NCBI GenBank assembly: GCA_949283695.1 | Contig: CASDTX010000035.1 | Location: 11,296 to 75,295, forward strand | Reading direction: 5' to 3' | Length of the DNA stretch: 64,000 nucleotides | Source of the DNA: an uncultured Eubacteriales bacterium | GTDB lineage: Bacteria; Bacillota; Clostridia; Lachnospirales; Lachnospiraceae | Part shown: in pieces, positions 19,247-29,150 of the stretch | How the letters are laid out: each line of letters opens with the position of its first letter | Numbering within the stretch: position 1 is the first letter of the stretch | Made by a program: the position numbers and the translations under genes | The notes under the pieces: generated by a model | What the model was told of the DNA's origin: nothing | Database searches by the model: none | What the model saw: the letters and a program-made list of their open reading frames with translations, nothing else

Positions 19247-21098
19247 GATGAATCAGATGGGGAGAATCCTGAAACTGGTCTGGAAGGAATATAAAATACA
19301 GGTGATCCTTGTTGCGGCGGGAATCTTAGGTTCTGCGCTTGCGACTACAAGAGGTTCTCTGTTCCTGGAAGAATTGATCGACGGGTATATCACCCCTCTT
19401 CTGGAAAGCGGGAAATCAGACTTCGCGCCGCTGGCAGGGGCGCTGGCGCAGCTGGCTGTGATCTATGGGATCGGAGCCCTCTGTTCCTATCTGTATAACC
19501 GTCTGATGGTAAATGTAAGCCAGGGAACCATGCGTACTGTGCGAAAGCGGCTGTTCGATCAAATGGAATCTCTGCCTGTGCGGTATTTTGATACACATTC
19601 CCATGGAGATATCATGTCGGTCTATACGAATGATACGGATACATTGCGGCAGTTTCTAAGCCAGAGTATGCCGCAGCTTGTGAACAGTCTGATTACCATT
19701 GTCAGTATCTTCTGCGCCATGGTGATGGTGAGCATCCCTCTGACGGTACTGACGGTTTTGATGGTGGCGGTTATGCTTTTTGTGACGAAGAAAGCAGCGG
19801 CTTTAAGCGGACGTTATTTTATAAAACAGCAGGAGGATCTGGGGACGGTCAACGGATACATTGAAGAGATGATGAGCGGTCAGAAAGTGGTGAAGGTATT
19901 CTGCCACGAGCAGAAAGCGCTGGAAGGATTCCGCAGAGTCAATGAAAATCTGCGTGACAGTGCTGAGAAAGCGAATACTTACGGAAATATTCTGATGCCG
20001 GTGATCATGCAGATCGGAAATGCAAGCTATGTGATCTGCGCGGTCGCAGGGGCGGTGATGGCTCTGAATGGAACTGCGGGACTGACGTTAGGGATGCTGG
20101 TATCCTTCCTTACCCTGAATAAGAACTTTAATCAGCCTTTCGGACAGGTGAGCCAGCAGCTGAACAGTGTGATTATGGCAATGGCAGGGATCGGCAGGAT
20201 CTGTGAACTCCTGGACGAAGAGCCGGAGCAGGATCACGGGTATGTGCTCCTCGTCAACGCGAAAAGACTTCCTGACGGCAGCGTGACAGAGACGGAAGAA
20301 AGGACCGGGATCTGGGCATGGAAGCATTATCACAAAGCAGACGGAACCACCACGTATGTGGAACTCAAGGGCGACATTGTCATGGATGGGGTGGACTTCG
20401 GCTACACAGATGACAAGATGGTGCTTCATGATATCCGGCTCTATGCGGACGAAGGCCAGAAGATCGCGTTTGTCGGCAGTACAGGCGCGGGGAAGACGAC
20501 CATTACAAATCTTCTCAACCGCTTCTATGACATTCAGGACGGCAAGATCCGTTATGACGGCATCAATATCAATAAGATCAAGAAGCAGGATCTGCGCCGC
20601 AGCCTGGGGATGGTGCTTCAGGATACCCATCTTTTCACCGGTACGATCATGGAGAACATTCGTTACGGCAGGCTGGATGCCACGGATGAAGCGTGTATTG
20701 AGGCAGCCAGGCTGGCCAATGCGGACGGCTTCATACGGATGCTCCCGGACGGCTACGATACCGTCATTACAGGGGACGGCAGCAGTCTGTCCCAGGGACA
20801 GAGACAGCTGATCGCGATTGCCAGGGCAGCTGTGGCGGATCCGCCGGTGCTGATCCTTGATGAGGCTACATCGAGCATTGACACTCACACAGAAGAATTG
20901 GTGCAGAAGGGGATGGATTCTCTGATGAAAGGCAGGACGACCTTTGTCATTGCCCACAGGCTGTCAACAGTCCGCGATTCTGACTGTATCATGGTTCTCG
21001 AGAACGGCCGGATCATCGAGAGAGGCCCGCACGAGAAGCTGATCGAAGAACAGGGGCGGTATTATCAGCTCTATACCGGGAAGAAAGCACATTCATAG
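19239..21098 (+). CDS. Heterodimeric ABC exporter subunit 2 (TMD+NBD)
   Basis: GSTGAGKTT, LSQGQ, ILDEATS, IAHRLST; overlaps the stop of subunit 1. Confidence 0.93.
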   Translation: MNKMNQMGRILKLVWKEYKIQVILVAAGILGSALATTRGSLFLEELIDGYITPLLESGKSDFAPLAGALAQLAVIYGIGALCSYLYNRLMVNVSQGTMRTVRKRLFDQMESLPVRYFDTHSHGDIMSVYTNDTDTLRQFLSQSMPQLVNSLITIVSIFCAMVMVSIPLTVLTVLMVAVMLFVTKKAAALSGRYFIKQQEDLGTVNGYIEEMMSGQKVVKVFCHEQKALEGFRRVNENLRDSAEKANTYGNILMPVIMQIGNASYVICAVAGAVMALNGTAGLTLGMLVSFLTLNKNFNQPFGQVSQQLNSVIMAMAGIGRICELLDEEPEQDHGYVLLVNAKRLPDGSVTETEERTGIWAWKHYHKADGTTTYVELKGDIVMDGVDFGYTDDKMVLHDIRLYADEGQKIAFVGSTGAGKTTITNLLNRFYDIQDGKIRYDGININKIKKQDLRRSLGMVLQDTHLFTGTIMENIRYGRLDATDEACIEAARLANADGFIRMLPDGYDTVITGDGSSLSQGQRQLIAIARAAVADPPVLILDEATSSIDTHTEELVQKGMDSLMKGRTTFVIAHRLSTVRDSDCIMVLENGRIIERGPHEKLIEEQGRYYQLYTGKKAHS

Positions 21099-21174
21099 AA
21101 TAGTCCGTTTTATAGGACATATCATGCTGTAGACTATAACCAGCTTAAGAAACCGATCTTAGGAGGTATGGATT

Positions 21175-21279
21175 ATGAAGGGATATGCTACAGCAGAAGG
21201 CTACATGGGTTTTGTAAATGGAAGATATATGCTTTTCGCAAGCGAATCAGAGTATCAGGAATATCTGGAAGAGGTATAG
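21175..21279 (+). CDS. Small 34-aa protein MKGYATAEGYMGFVNGRYMLFASESEYQEYLEEV (absent from the ORF track)
   Basis: AGGAGG at 21161-21166, 8 nt before the ATG; Tyr/Gly-rich N-terminus with an acidic tail; TAG at 21277-21279. Confidence 0.65.
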   Translation: MKGYATAEGYMGFVNGRYMLFASESEYQEYLEEV

Positions 21280-21374
21280 CGTGGACAAGGGGCAGCATGC
21301 CTCAAACCGTACCCCAGAGATGTTACAGCCGGCGATCCGGCGGCGGAAGCGGGAGCGGAACGAAACAGAGCAAA

Positions 21375-21412
21375 GAAGGATGGGATGAGTGGTATCACTC
21401 ATCCCATCCTTC
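21375..21412 (-). terminator. 17-bp perfect hairpin overlapping the hicB stop
   Basis: GAAGGATGGGATGAGTG-gtat-CACTCATCCCATCCTTC, followed on the minus strand by TTTGCTCTGTTT. Confidence 0.7.
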
Positions 21413-21673
21413 GTAAAATCGGATATTTACGGAAATATTTCTTACGATGTCCCCTTCTTCTGTCTCAATATCACTCGGATCAGAGACATAGGGAAGCAGC
21501 GGGTTGTCTTCTTCAAGCTCTACACTGATCCAGCTGCGGGCAGCTTCATTTGCATTGTCAATGGCATCATCTAATGTGTCGCCGGAAGCCTCGCAGCATT
21601 CAAGATCTGGAAAGAATGCGTGATATCCGCCGTCCTCAGTGGGCCGGAATACTGCCGGGTATATGAATTTCAT
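21395..21673 (-). CDS. hicB: HicB-family antitoxin-like protein (orphan, no C-terminal DNA-binding domain)
   Basis: 'YPAVF...EDGGY...FPDL..C...GDTLDDAIDNANEA'; AAAGGAG RBS. Confidence 0.8.
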   Translation of the reverse strand: MKFIYPAVFRPTEDGGYHAFFPDLECCEASGDTLDDAIDNANEAARSWISVELEEDNPLLPYVSDPSDIETEEGDIVRNISVNIRFYEGWDE

Positions 21674-21794
21674 AGCAGTTCACTCCTTTTTATAAATTTG
21701 GTGTTCATCGACGCTATTACTTCTTGTACACTGACGCTAGTATATTATAAAAGAAGAGAAATGGCAAGATTGATTTCCAAAGGCAGACGCAGTC

Positions 21795-22997
21795 TTACGA
21801 GTGAACCCTGGACGCAGTGTTCCGATGTACCTTCTGAACCAGAAGGATCCCGAGCATCAGGAGAAAGGGGAAAATTCCGGCGTTCAGGATCCCGACTTTC
21901 AGGTTTCCTGCGAAATGTTCGGCGATCAGTCCTACAAAGGTGGGGCCGCTGGAACATCCCAGATCTCCGGCAAGTGCCATGAAGGCGAACAGTGTGGTTC
22001 CGCCGCCCTTTAAGACCGCTGCCGCAATGCTGAACGCCCCGGGCCACATGATCCCGACGGAAAATCCGCAGATGCCGCATCCGATCAGGCTCAGAGACGG
22101 CACGGGAGAAAGGGAAATCATACAGTAGGAAAAAATGCATAAAATGCCGCTTGCAATCATTGCCTTGTTTAGATTCATCTTTTCTCCGTATAAGCCGTAG
22201 ATCAGCCGCGAAGTGCCCATACAGACGGAGAAAAGCATAGGCCCGGCCAGGTCCCCGATGGATTTGCTGACGCCGAGGCCTTGTTCAGCGAAGGTGGAGG
22301 CCCATTGGCTCACCGATTGTTCACTTGCACCGGCACAGGTCATGACGATCATCAAGATCCAGAATGCAGGCATTCGGATCAGGCTCGTGACAGGAAGGCC
22401 TTCTTCCTCATCCGGGACCAGAGGACAGAGCGGTACCTTCCGGAATACGAAGAGATTATACAGCGGAATCAGCGCCCACAGCAGCGCCATGACTCTCCAG
22501 TACTCCAGTCCAAAGACGGCGAAAAATATAGTAGACAAGAGCACCACAGCTACAGCTCCCCAGCAGTAAAACGAGTGCAGCAGACTCATGCTCTTTTCCT
22601 TATTTTCTGTGGGAAGCGCTTCTACAACAGGACTTAACAAGACCTCCAGAAGTCCGCCGCCTACGGCATATGTCATAACAGACAGTATGAGGCCCAGATA
22701 CGGATCTGGGAGGATCGACGGCAGGAAGGTAAGGAATACGAGTCCTGCCGCGGCGGTACCGTGGGCGAGGATCATGGAAGCCCGATAGCCGATCCGGTCG
22801 ATAAATCCCGCCGAGAGGGCGTCGATCAGAAGCTGTACCAGGAAATTTATGGTGATCAGCATGGTGATTCGGCCCATGGAGATGTGATAGGTATTATGAA
22901 AGGTTAAAAATAAAAGGGGAACAAAGTTGTTCGCAATGGCCTGCACGACATAACCGGTATAGCAGGCTGTGAGTGTGCGCTGATAAGTATGTTTCAA
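21795..22997 (-). CDS. MFS transporter
   Basis: About 12 hydrophobic segments; 'FIDRIGYR' motif A; TTG start with AGGAGG. Confidence 0.9.
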   Translation of the reverse strand: MKHTYQRTLTACYTGYVVQAIANNFVPLLFLTFHNTYHISMGRITMLITINFLVQLLIDALSAGFIDRIGYRASMILAHGTAAAGLVFLTFLPSILPDPYLGLILSVMTYAVGGGLLEVLLSPVVEALPTENKEKSMSLLHSFYCWGAVAVVLLSTIFFAVFGLEYWRVMALLWALIPLYNLFVFRKVPLCPLVPDEEEGLPVTSLIRMPAFWILMIVMTCAGASEQSVSQWASTFAEQGLGVSKSIGDLAGPMLFSVCMGTSRLIYGLYGEKMNLNKAMIASGILCIFSYCMISLSPVPSLSLIGCGICGFSVGIMWPGAFSIAAAVLKGGGTTLFAFMALAGDLGCSSGPTFVGLIAEHFAGNLKVGILNAGIFPFLLMLGILLVQKVHRNTASRVHS

Positions 22998-23142
22998 TGC
23001 GGTAAACCTCCTGTAACTGATAATGCACGCATCCGGCCGTTTATGGCTGCCGCGGGGGCACGAACGGCGGAATCCGGAATAGCCAGTTCATTATAGAAGA
23101 AAAAAGATATTTTGGCAATTGCAAAAAAAATAAAAAAAGTTG

Positions 23143-23171
23143 TTGACATTTTCTGAGGGATATAGTATAGT
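23143..23171 (+). promoter_or_regulatory. Sigma-A promoter of tRNA-Gly
   Basis: TTGACA-17 nt-TATAGT with an A-rich UP element upstream. Confidence 0.85.
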
Positions 23172-23209
23172 ATCAATTGTTCCGAGTGACGGAACACAAA
23201 CAAAGAAAT

Positions 23210-23282
23210 GCGACAGTGGCTCAGTTGGTAGAGTACGACCTTGCCAAGGTCGGGGTCGCGGGTTCGAACCCCGTCTGTCGCT
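23210..23282 (+). tRNA. tRNA-Gly (anticodon GCC)
   Basis: Acceptor GCGACAG/CTGTCGC, D-arm GCTC-AGTTGGTA-GAGT, anticodon arm CGACC-TTGCCAA-GGTCG, T-arm GCGGG-TTCGAAC-CCCGT; CCA not encoded. Confidence 0.97.
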
Positions 23283-23476
23283 CTGAAGAAGACATGTTGA
23301 ACAGCAAGTGATATCTTGCGGGAGACATGTCTTTTTGTTTTTCCAAATCTGTCTTTCATAGACCTCATTGCCCCTTGTCCGCAGACGCTGCTTCGTTCTG
23401 TTTTCAAAAGAAAAAGAAAGATGCCCCTTTACATGGCCGTAGTCTGCCTGTGTCGGTGAAGGGGCATGTTTTTCGA

Positions 23477-24148
23477 TTAGTCTTGTCTTGCGGCAGGTTC
23501 GCTGCTCTCAGCTGTCTTCAATGCGGAAAGTTCCCGGTAGATTGTAGGAATGCTGCATCCAAGCAGCCGTGCGATACGGGGGACAGAGCCTTTCACCATG
23601 AAGATCTTCTTATCCTGAAGGCGGGAGAGAATCGCAATTCGGTCACTTCTGGAAAAATGTTCCGGAATCGTTTCAGCGTACAGACTGTGCAGAGTCTGGT
23701 TGATCGCATTGGATACACTGTCCTGAAAGGTTTCTGTGTTGGCGTCGTCATGTTCAGCTACCCGGGTGATCCCAGGTTCAAGTCCTCCCAGCATGAGCGC
23801 AGTGTTGCTGATCAGCTGGAAGTCGGAGGTATCCATGTTAATACAGAGCATGCCGAGCAGCTCGCCCTTTGATTTAATAAAGTATGTGGAGGAGCGCAGC
23901 AGCCGGCTTTCGCCTGCGTAACCGGAATAGTTCGCCACATAGTCCTTATTTTTCCATTCGCCGCTGGAGATGATTTTCTCTGCAAAATCGGTCATCGGAG
24001 CGCCTACACTGCGCCCGCTGATATGGCTGTTGGAGATGGCAGCGATCTTTTTCGTGCGGCAGTCTAAAAGCGCAGCCTCATAATGTCTTCCCAATGCTGC
24101 TCCGAGAAAGGGAATGAGATTTTTATAGTATTCCATAATATCGTTCAT
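23477..24148 (-). CDS. YheO-like PAS + HTH transcriptional regulator
   Basis: 'ISNSHISGRSVGAPMT', 'LRSSTYFIK...GMLCINMD', 'IFMVKGSVPRIARLLGCSIPTIYR'. Confidence 0.88.
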   Translation of the reverse strand: MNDIMEYYKNLIPFLGAALGRHYEAALLDCRTKKIAAISNSHISGRSVGAPMTDFAEKIISSGEWKNKDYVANYSGYAGESRLLRSSTYFIKSKGELLGMLCINMDTSDFQLISNTALMLGGLEPGITRVAEHDDANTETFQDSVSNAINQTLHSLYAETIPEHFSRSDRIAILSRLQDKKIFMVKGSVPRIARLLGCSIPTIYRELSALKTAESSEPAARQD

Positions 24149-24365
24149 CTTTGATCACCTGAATTGTACACTGACACTACCCTGAATTCTTAGTTGCATC
24201 ACTTCAGTACTGTTCCATTCTGAAACCGGCTTCACAACAGGCTGATGATCTCAAAGGTGTATGGTTTGTAAAGGATTCTGGAACTCCTGAGTTTTCCATG
24301 TAGGTCTAGACTATCACAAAAATAATACGGAATCAAGCCGTCAGCCTTCTGCAGGAAGTGCGGCA

Positions 24366-25253
24366 TCAGCTGTCTGCAGGAAAGCGGCGGAAATAATTTT
24401 GTACAAAGGTAATGAATGCCCGGCTGATCGGTGAGATTGATCCAAGGTCATTGTAGATGATTTTGAGCTCGCGGCAGGGCTTTTCTTCCAGGTTCCGGGA
24501 GACGAACGGCATATTCAGGTAGTTCTCGAACGACATTTTCGGCAGAATGCTCACTCCCAGATTCCGGGAAATCATAGATACAGTGAGATTGTCATCAGAT
24601 ACGGAATAGCCGATATTCAGGTTGAGCTGATATTTGCGGATCAGCTGTCCGATCTGGTGGTTCGGGCCCTCGCCGGGCATGATGAATACTTCTGATTCTA
24701 AGTCGTGAAGAGACAGAGATTCTTTTTCTGCGAGCGGATGGCCGCAGGGAAGGACAGCCTGAAGGTCTTCACGCAGCAGGGGGAAGGTTTTAAAAGGCAG
24801 TTCTGTGGAAACAGATGAAAATCCGAAGTCTACCCGTCCTCCGGCCAGCATTTCTTCTACTTCTTCATAATTTCCATCAATTACGACAATGTGAATATTT
24901 GGATGGAGCCGGTTAAATTCTTTGAGCAGATCTGGGAAATACTGGATTGCCAGACTGGGGATTGTGGCGATGCACAGTGTGCCGGACTCAAACTCACGGT
25001 AGGAGGTAAGGGTGAAATCCAGCGTGTTCTGTGCGGTTACAATATTGCGGATGTAGGGAAGAACATCGATTCCGGCGCGGGTCAGACTGATGTCATTACT
25101 TTCCCTGTTCAGGAGTTTAAACCCGAAACTTTTCTCCAGAGAAGAGACAGAATGGCTGACAGCAGACTGGGTATAGCCCAATTCGACGGCAGCTTTGGAG
25201 AAACTGCGGCATTCCAGTACTTTAAGAAAAATTGAGTATTTTACGGTATCCAT
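24366..25253 (-). CDS. LysR family transcriptional regulator
   Basis: 'SFSKAAVELGYTQSAVSHSVSSLEKSFGFKLLNR'; AGGAGG RBS before ATG 25253. Confidence 0.95.
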   Translation of the reverse strand: MDTVKYSIFLKVLECRSFSKAAVELGYTQSAVSHSVSSLEKSFGFKLLNRESNDISLTRAGIDVLPYIRNIVTAQNTLDFTLTSYREFESGTLCIATIPSLAIQYFPDLLKEFNRLHPNIHIVVIDGNYEEVEEMLAGGRVDFGFSSVSTELPFKTFPLLREDLQAVLPCGHPLAEKESLSLHDLESEVFIMPGEGPNHQIGQLIRKYQLNLNIGYSVSDDNLTVSMISRNLGVSILPKMSFENYLNMPFVSRNLEEKPCRELKIIYNDLGSISPISRAFITFVQNYFRRFPADS

Positions 25254-25508
25254 AAGAAACCTCCTGACGTAAGCTGTTTTGTACATAGTGCCATAAATGA
25301 TAATATTTTTTTATTAAAAATTGCTCATGAAGAAAAGTGAACAAGTGGATGAAAATGATTTGTTGGATTTTTCGTCAATCCCCTGATATTATGAATTCAG
25401 AAAATAATTGATCGATAATTCAACACAATTTAATAAATATAAAGATAAATAAAACAAAATATGTACTAATTATAAGATTATATCTCTTGAAATGCAATAA
25501 AATGCGGG

Positions 25509-25544
25509 ATGAATTTTATTCATAGCATTATGAAACAGACTGTT
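25509..25544. promoter_or_regulatory. Probable LysR binding site(s) in the AT-rich divergent region
   Basis: ATGAA-N5-TTCAT (T-N11-A) at 25509-25523 and a second ATGAA half-site 21 bp downstream. Confidence 0.55.
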
Positions 25545-25654
25545 GGACAGAGGTCTCCAATATACGCAGTGATGATAATTAATTATTATAAATTTTATTA
25601 TGCACAAAAACAGAAAAAATATACGCAGAGATGTGCAGTGAGAGGAGAGTTGCT

Positions 25655-26599
25655 ATGAGTGAGCTGACAGGGAGGATATTTAATATTCAAAAGTGTTCCA
25701 TCAGAGACGGACGGGGAATGCGGACTACGGTGTTTCTGAAAGGATGCGGACTGCGGTGTCTGTGGTGCGCAAACCCGGAGGGGATTTCGTTTAAACCGGA
25801 GATTTCGCTCAATCCTGCCAATTGTATGGGCTGCGGATTCTGTCTGAAGAAATGTCCCTCCGGTGCGGTATACCTGGACGACAGCGGGCAGATGAACTAT
25901 GACCGCAAGCGATGTACCGCCTGCGGGACCTGCGCGGCTGTCTGTCCCACGGAGGCGAGGAAGCTGTTCGGGCAGGATTATACGGTAGAGGAAGTGTTCC
26001 GCAAGATCTATCAGGATCGGTTCTATTTTGAACATTCCGGAGGGGGCGTGACATTCTCCGGAGGGGAGGCTCTGATGCAGCCTGAATTTCTTCTGGCTGT
26101 GTGCAGGAAATGCAGGGAGTATGGGATCAACGTCGCTATTGAGACCTGCGGCTGCGGGGAATATGAACGGTTCGCTCCCTGCCTGGATTATATTGATTTT
26201 ATTTACTTTGATATCAAACATATGAGCCCGGAGACGCACAGGAGGATCACGGGACAGAGCAATGAAAAGATCCTGCAGAATCTGGAGCGCATCAATCGGC
26301 ATGGGATCGAGATCTGCATCAGGACGCCGGTTGTGCCCGGATGGAATGACTCAGAGGAGAATATACGGGCAACTGCACAGTACATTGCAGAGCTGTCTTC
26401 TGTCAGAAGATACGAACTCCTGGCCTACCATAAGCTGGGAATTAATAAATACAAAATTCTCGGAAAACAATACACGCTGAACGATGTAGAGGAACCGGGG
26501 GAAGCGCAGATGCTTCATCTGGTGGACCTTGCAAACGACATTCTTTTACCCGCCGGAAAGAAATGCTTCTACAACAAAGATAACAGCGCGGATGAGTGA
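25655..26599 (+). CDS. Glycyl-radical enzyme activating protein (radical SAM with ferredoxin insert)
   Basis: 'RTTVFLKGCGLRCLWCANPE' (CxxxCxxC), two CxxCxxCxxxCP motifs, 'SGGGVTFSGGE'. Confidence 0.95.
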   Translation: MSELTGRIFNIQKCSIRDGRGMRTTVFLKGCGLRCLWCANPEGISFKPEISLNPANCMGCGFCLKKCPSGAVYLDDSGQMNYDRKRCTACGTCAAVCPTEARKLFGQDYTVEEVFRKIYQDRFYFEHSGGGVTFSGGEALMQPEFLLAVCRKCREYGINVAIETCGCGEYERFAPCLDYIDFIYFDIKHMSPETHRRITGQSNEKILQNLERINRHGIEICIRTPVVPGWNDSEENIRATAQYIAELSSVRRYELLAYHKLGINKYKILGKQYTLNDVEEPGEAQMLHLVDLANDILLPAGKKCFYNKDNSADE

Positions 26600-26675
26600 T
26601 TGCTTGTTCTGGCTGCGAGGGGACGCAGGTCAGAATTTTATATGCAATATATTTTCAATCAAAGGAGGAAGTGCT

Positions 26676-29048
26676 ATGAGCAGCAAAAAAGTTGAGTTTC
26701 TGAAGGCGCGCCTGCGAAATACCAATCCGTCGATTTCGCTGGATCGGGCCAGACTTGTAACTGAGTTCTACAGGATTCCGTCTGTAGAGTCCCCCATTTC
26801 CAGGAAAGCGAGACTGCTGGAGTATCTGTTGAAAAATATGAAAATATTTATCAACCCGCAGTCGATCTTTGTGGGCGACCATGGCGAGAGATACCGGTCA
26901 GTTCCGGTATTTCCAGAGTGGGGATCGAACTGGATCCTGGAGGATATTGACACGTTTGACACACGCTCCACAGATAAGCTGGAGTGGGCGGAGCCGGGAG
27001 ATAAGGAAGAGCTGATCAAGATCTGTACAGAATGGAAAGGACACGGCTTCCGGGAAGTAGTAGACAGCAGGATTCCGGACGATATGAAACAGGCGTCGCT
27101 GGACGGACTGATCACCATCGGATCCAGGATTGTATCCACAGCAAGCCATATGCCTCAGTACGGAGAGATCTTCAAGAAAGGCTTCCGCAAGATGATCGAG
27201 GAGATCCAGGAGAAGCTGGATGGAATTGAGCATTATGATTATGTTACTCAGGAGCAGAAAGATACATGGGAAGGCATGATCGTGACTCTGAACGCGGCGA
27301 TTATGTTTGCTCACCGGTACGCAGATCTGGCGCGGAAGATGGAAGCGGAGGAGACTGATGAGACGAGGAAGCAGGAGCTTCTGCGTATCGCTGAGACATG
27401 CGAGCGTGTGCCGGAACTCCCGCCGAGGACATTCTATGAGGCGATGCAGTTCTTCTGGTTCATTCATCTGATCTATCAGATAGAAAATGCGGGGCATAAT
27501 CATTCTGTAGGCCGTTTTGACCAGTTCATGTATCCGTACTTCCAGCATGATATCGAAGAGGGGATTGCCACGGAAGAAGATATCGTGGAGATGATCGAGT
27601 GTATGCTCATCAAGTGGACGGAGATCTTTGAGCTGCGGGATCATATCGAGGCAGAGGCTTATGCAGGATTCCCGATGTGGACGAATATCACCATCGGCGG
27701 AATTGACGGGGAAGGAAAGAACGCGTGCAACCGCCTGACGAATCTGTTCCTGGAAGCAGCGGATGGAGCGCAGACGACACAGCCGGCTATCTCATTCCGC
27801 TACAATAAGAAGATTGACAGAGAGACATTCAGGAGAGCACTGAAGCTGACCCAGAAGGGACTTGGACAGCCGGCATTCTTTAACGACGACATCAATATTC
27901 CGAGAGTGCTCGCGAATGGATGCAATGATATCCGGGAAGCGCGGGATTATGCGATTGAAGGCTGTGTTGAGGCACAGGTTCCGGGCAAGACTGATTTCCG
28001 TCCGGTTGCCGGATTCATCAATATTCTGAAAGTACTGGAACTGGCATTGCATAATGGCGTAGACCCCAACACAGGACGTCAGTTCGGGCCGAAGACCGGA
28101 ACGATGGAAGAGATGGACAGCATGGAGAAATTCATGGACGCATACAAGGCCCAGCTTTCATACATTATTGACTATCACCTGAAAGCGTACGGAATCTGCT
28201 CTGCCCTGCATTCACAGATCTGTCCTACCGTGTTTGCATCTACCTTGGTAGAGGGCTGTATCGAGAAGGGCAGGATCCTGCAGAAAGACGGGGCAAAATA
28301 CAGCAGTACAGGAACCTTCATCAGCGGTGTTGCCAATGCGGCAGACTCGCTGGCAGCCATTGATCAGGCTGTATTCCAGCAGAAACTTCTGACCATGCCG
28401 GAGCTGGTGGATATTCTCGACAGGAACTATGAAGGCAGCGAAGAGTGGCGGCAGATGTTCCTGAATAAATATGTACATTTCGGAAACGACGAGGACCTGG
28501 TAGATGATTACTGCCGTCAGGTAGTGACCTACTGCGCAGAAGAAAACCGTGCGCACAAGGATTCCCGGTTCGGCCAGTATGAGCTGATTCTGCTGAACCA
28601 GACTTATAACATCTGGCAGGGACGTGTCGTGGGAGCTACACCAGACGGGCGCAGGGCGGGAGAACCGCTGGCCAATAACGCGTCGCCGTCGAATGGAATG
28701 GACCGCAACGGCCCGACCGCCGTGGGTAATTCGATAGGAAAAATGGATACCGTCATGGTTCCGAAGGGAGTTCTGGTCAACCACAAGTTTGATCCGGCTG
28801 TTGCCAAAGGCGAAAAGGGGCTGGAGATGCTTGAGACATTTGTGAAGGGATACTGTGAAGCCGGCGGACAGCATGTGCAGATCAATGTGGTTGATACAAA
28901 GACACTGCGTGATGCGCAGGCTCATCCGGAGAACTATAAGAACCTGATGGTACGTGTGGCCGGTTATTCTGCGTTCTTCGTAGAGCTGGATCCACGTGTG
29001 CAGGAGAACATTATCGGACGTACCGAACATTCGAGCTGCTGCGGTTAG
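26676..29048 (+). CDS. Glycyl radical enzyme, PFL2/dehydratase-eliminase group, substrate unknown
   Basis: AAGGAGG RBS; 'PPRTFYEAMQ', 'GRFDQ', Cys loop 'YAIEGCVEAQVPGK', 'GATPDGR', Gly loop 'RVAGYSAFF'. Confidence 0.95.
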   Translation: MSSKKVEFLKARLRNTNPSISLDRARLVTEFYRIPSVESPISRKARLLEYLLKNMKIFINPQSIFVGDHGERYRSVPVFPEWGSNWILEDIDTFDTRSTDKLEWAEPGDKEELIKICTEWKGHGFREVVDSRIPDDMKQASLDGLITIGSRIVSTASHMPQYGEIFKKGFRKMIEEIQEKLDGIEHYDYVTQEQKDTWEGMIVTLNAAIMFAHRYADLARKMEAEETDETRKQELLRIAETCERVPELPPRTFYEAMQFFWFIHLIYQIENAGHNHSVGRFDQFMYPYFQHDIEEGIATEEDIVEMIECMLIKWTEIFELRDHIEAEAYAGFPMWTNITIGGIDGEGKNACNRLTNLFLEAADGAQTTQPAISFRYNKKIDRETFRRALKLTQKGLGQPAFFNDDINIPRVLANGCNDIREARDYAIEGCVEAQVPGKTDFRPVAGFINILKVLELALHNGVDPNTGRQFGPKTGTMEEMDSMEKFMDAYKAQLSYIIDYHLKAYGICSALHSQICPTVFASTLVEGCIEKGRILQKDGAKYSSTGTFISGVANAADSLAAIDQAVFQQKLLTMPELVDILDRNYEGSEEWRQMFLNKYVHFGNDEDLVDDYCRQVVTYCAEENRAHKDSRFGQYELILLNQTYNIWQGRVVGATPDGRRAGEPLANNASPSNGMDRNGPTAVGNSIGKMDTVMVPKGVLVNHKFDPAVAKGEKGLEMLETFVKGYCEAGGQHVQINVVDTKTLRDAQAHPENYKNLMVRVAGYSAFFVELDPRVQENIIGRTEHSSCCG

Positions 29049-29150
29049 TTACCTCATATGGGGCAGGAGGACGGACAAGGAGAGGTTCCGGGTCCGTCCC
29101 CTGCAGATACAAGACGACATGAAAGAAAAAGAGAGAGAGGGATATATTCT

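Noticed and set aside
21168-21416. 82-aa ORF from the ORF track
   Set aside because: Its ATG is only 1 nt after the AGGAGG; the 34-aa ORF at 21175 has proper spacing and more protein-like composition.
23327-23872. ORFs 23327-23872 (+) and 22994-23407 (-) around the tRNA
   Set aside because: They overlap the tRNA, its terminator or the YheO gene; no coding features.
26676-29048. Calling the GRE pflB, cutC or hypD
   Set aside because: It lacks the PFL Cys-Cys pair; the pocket segments and neighbours (no microcompartment genes, no proC) do not fit CutC or HypD.
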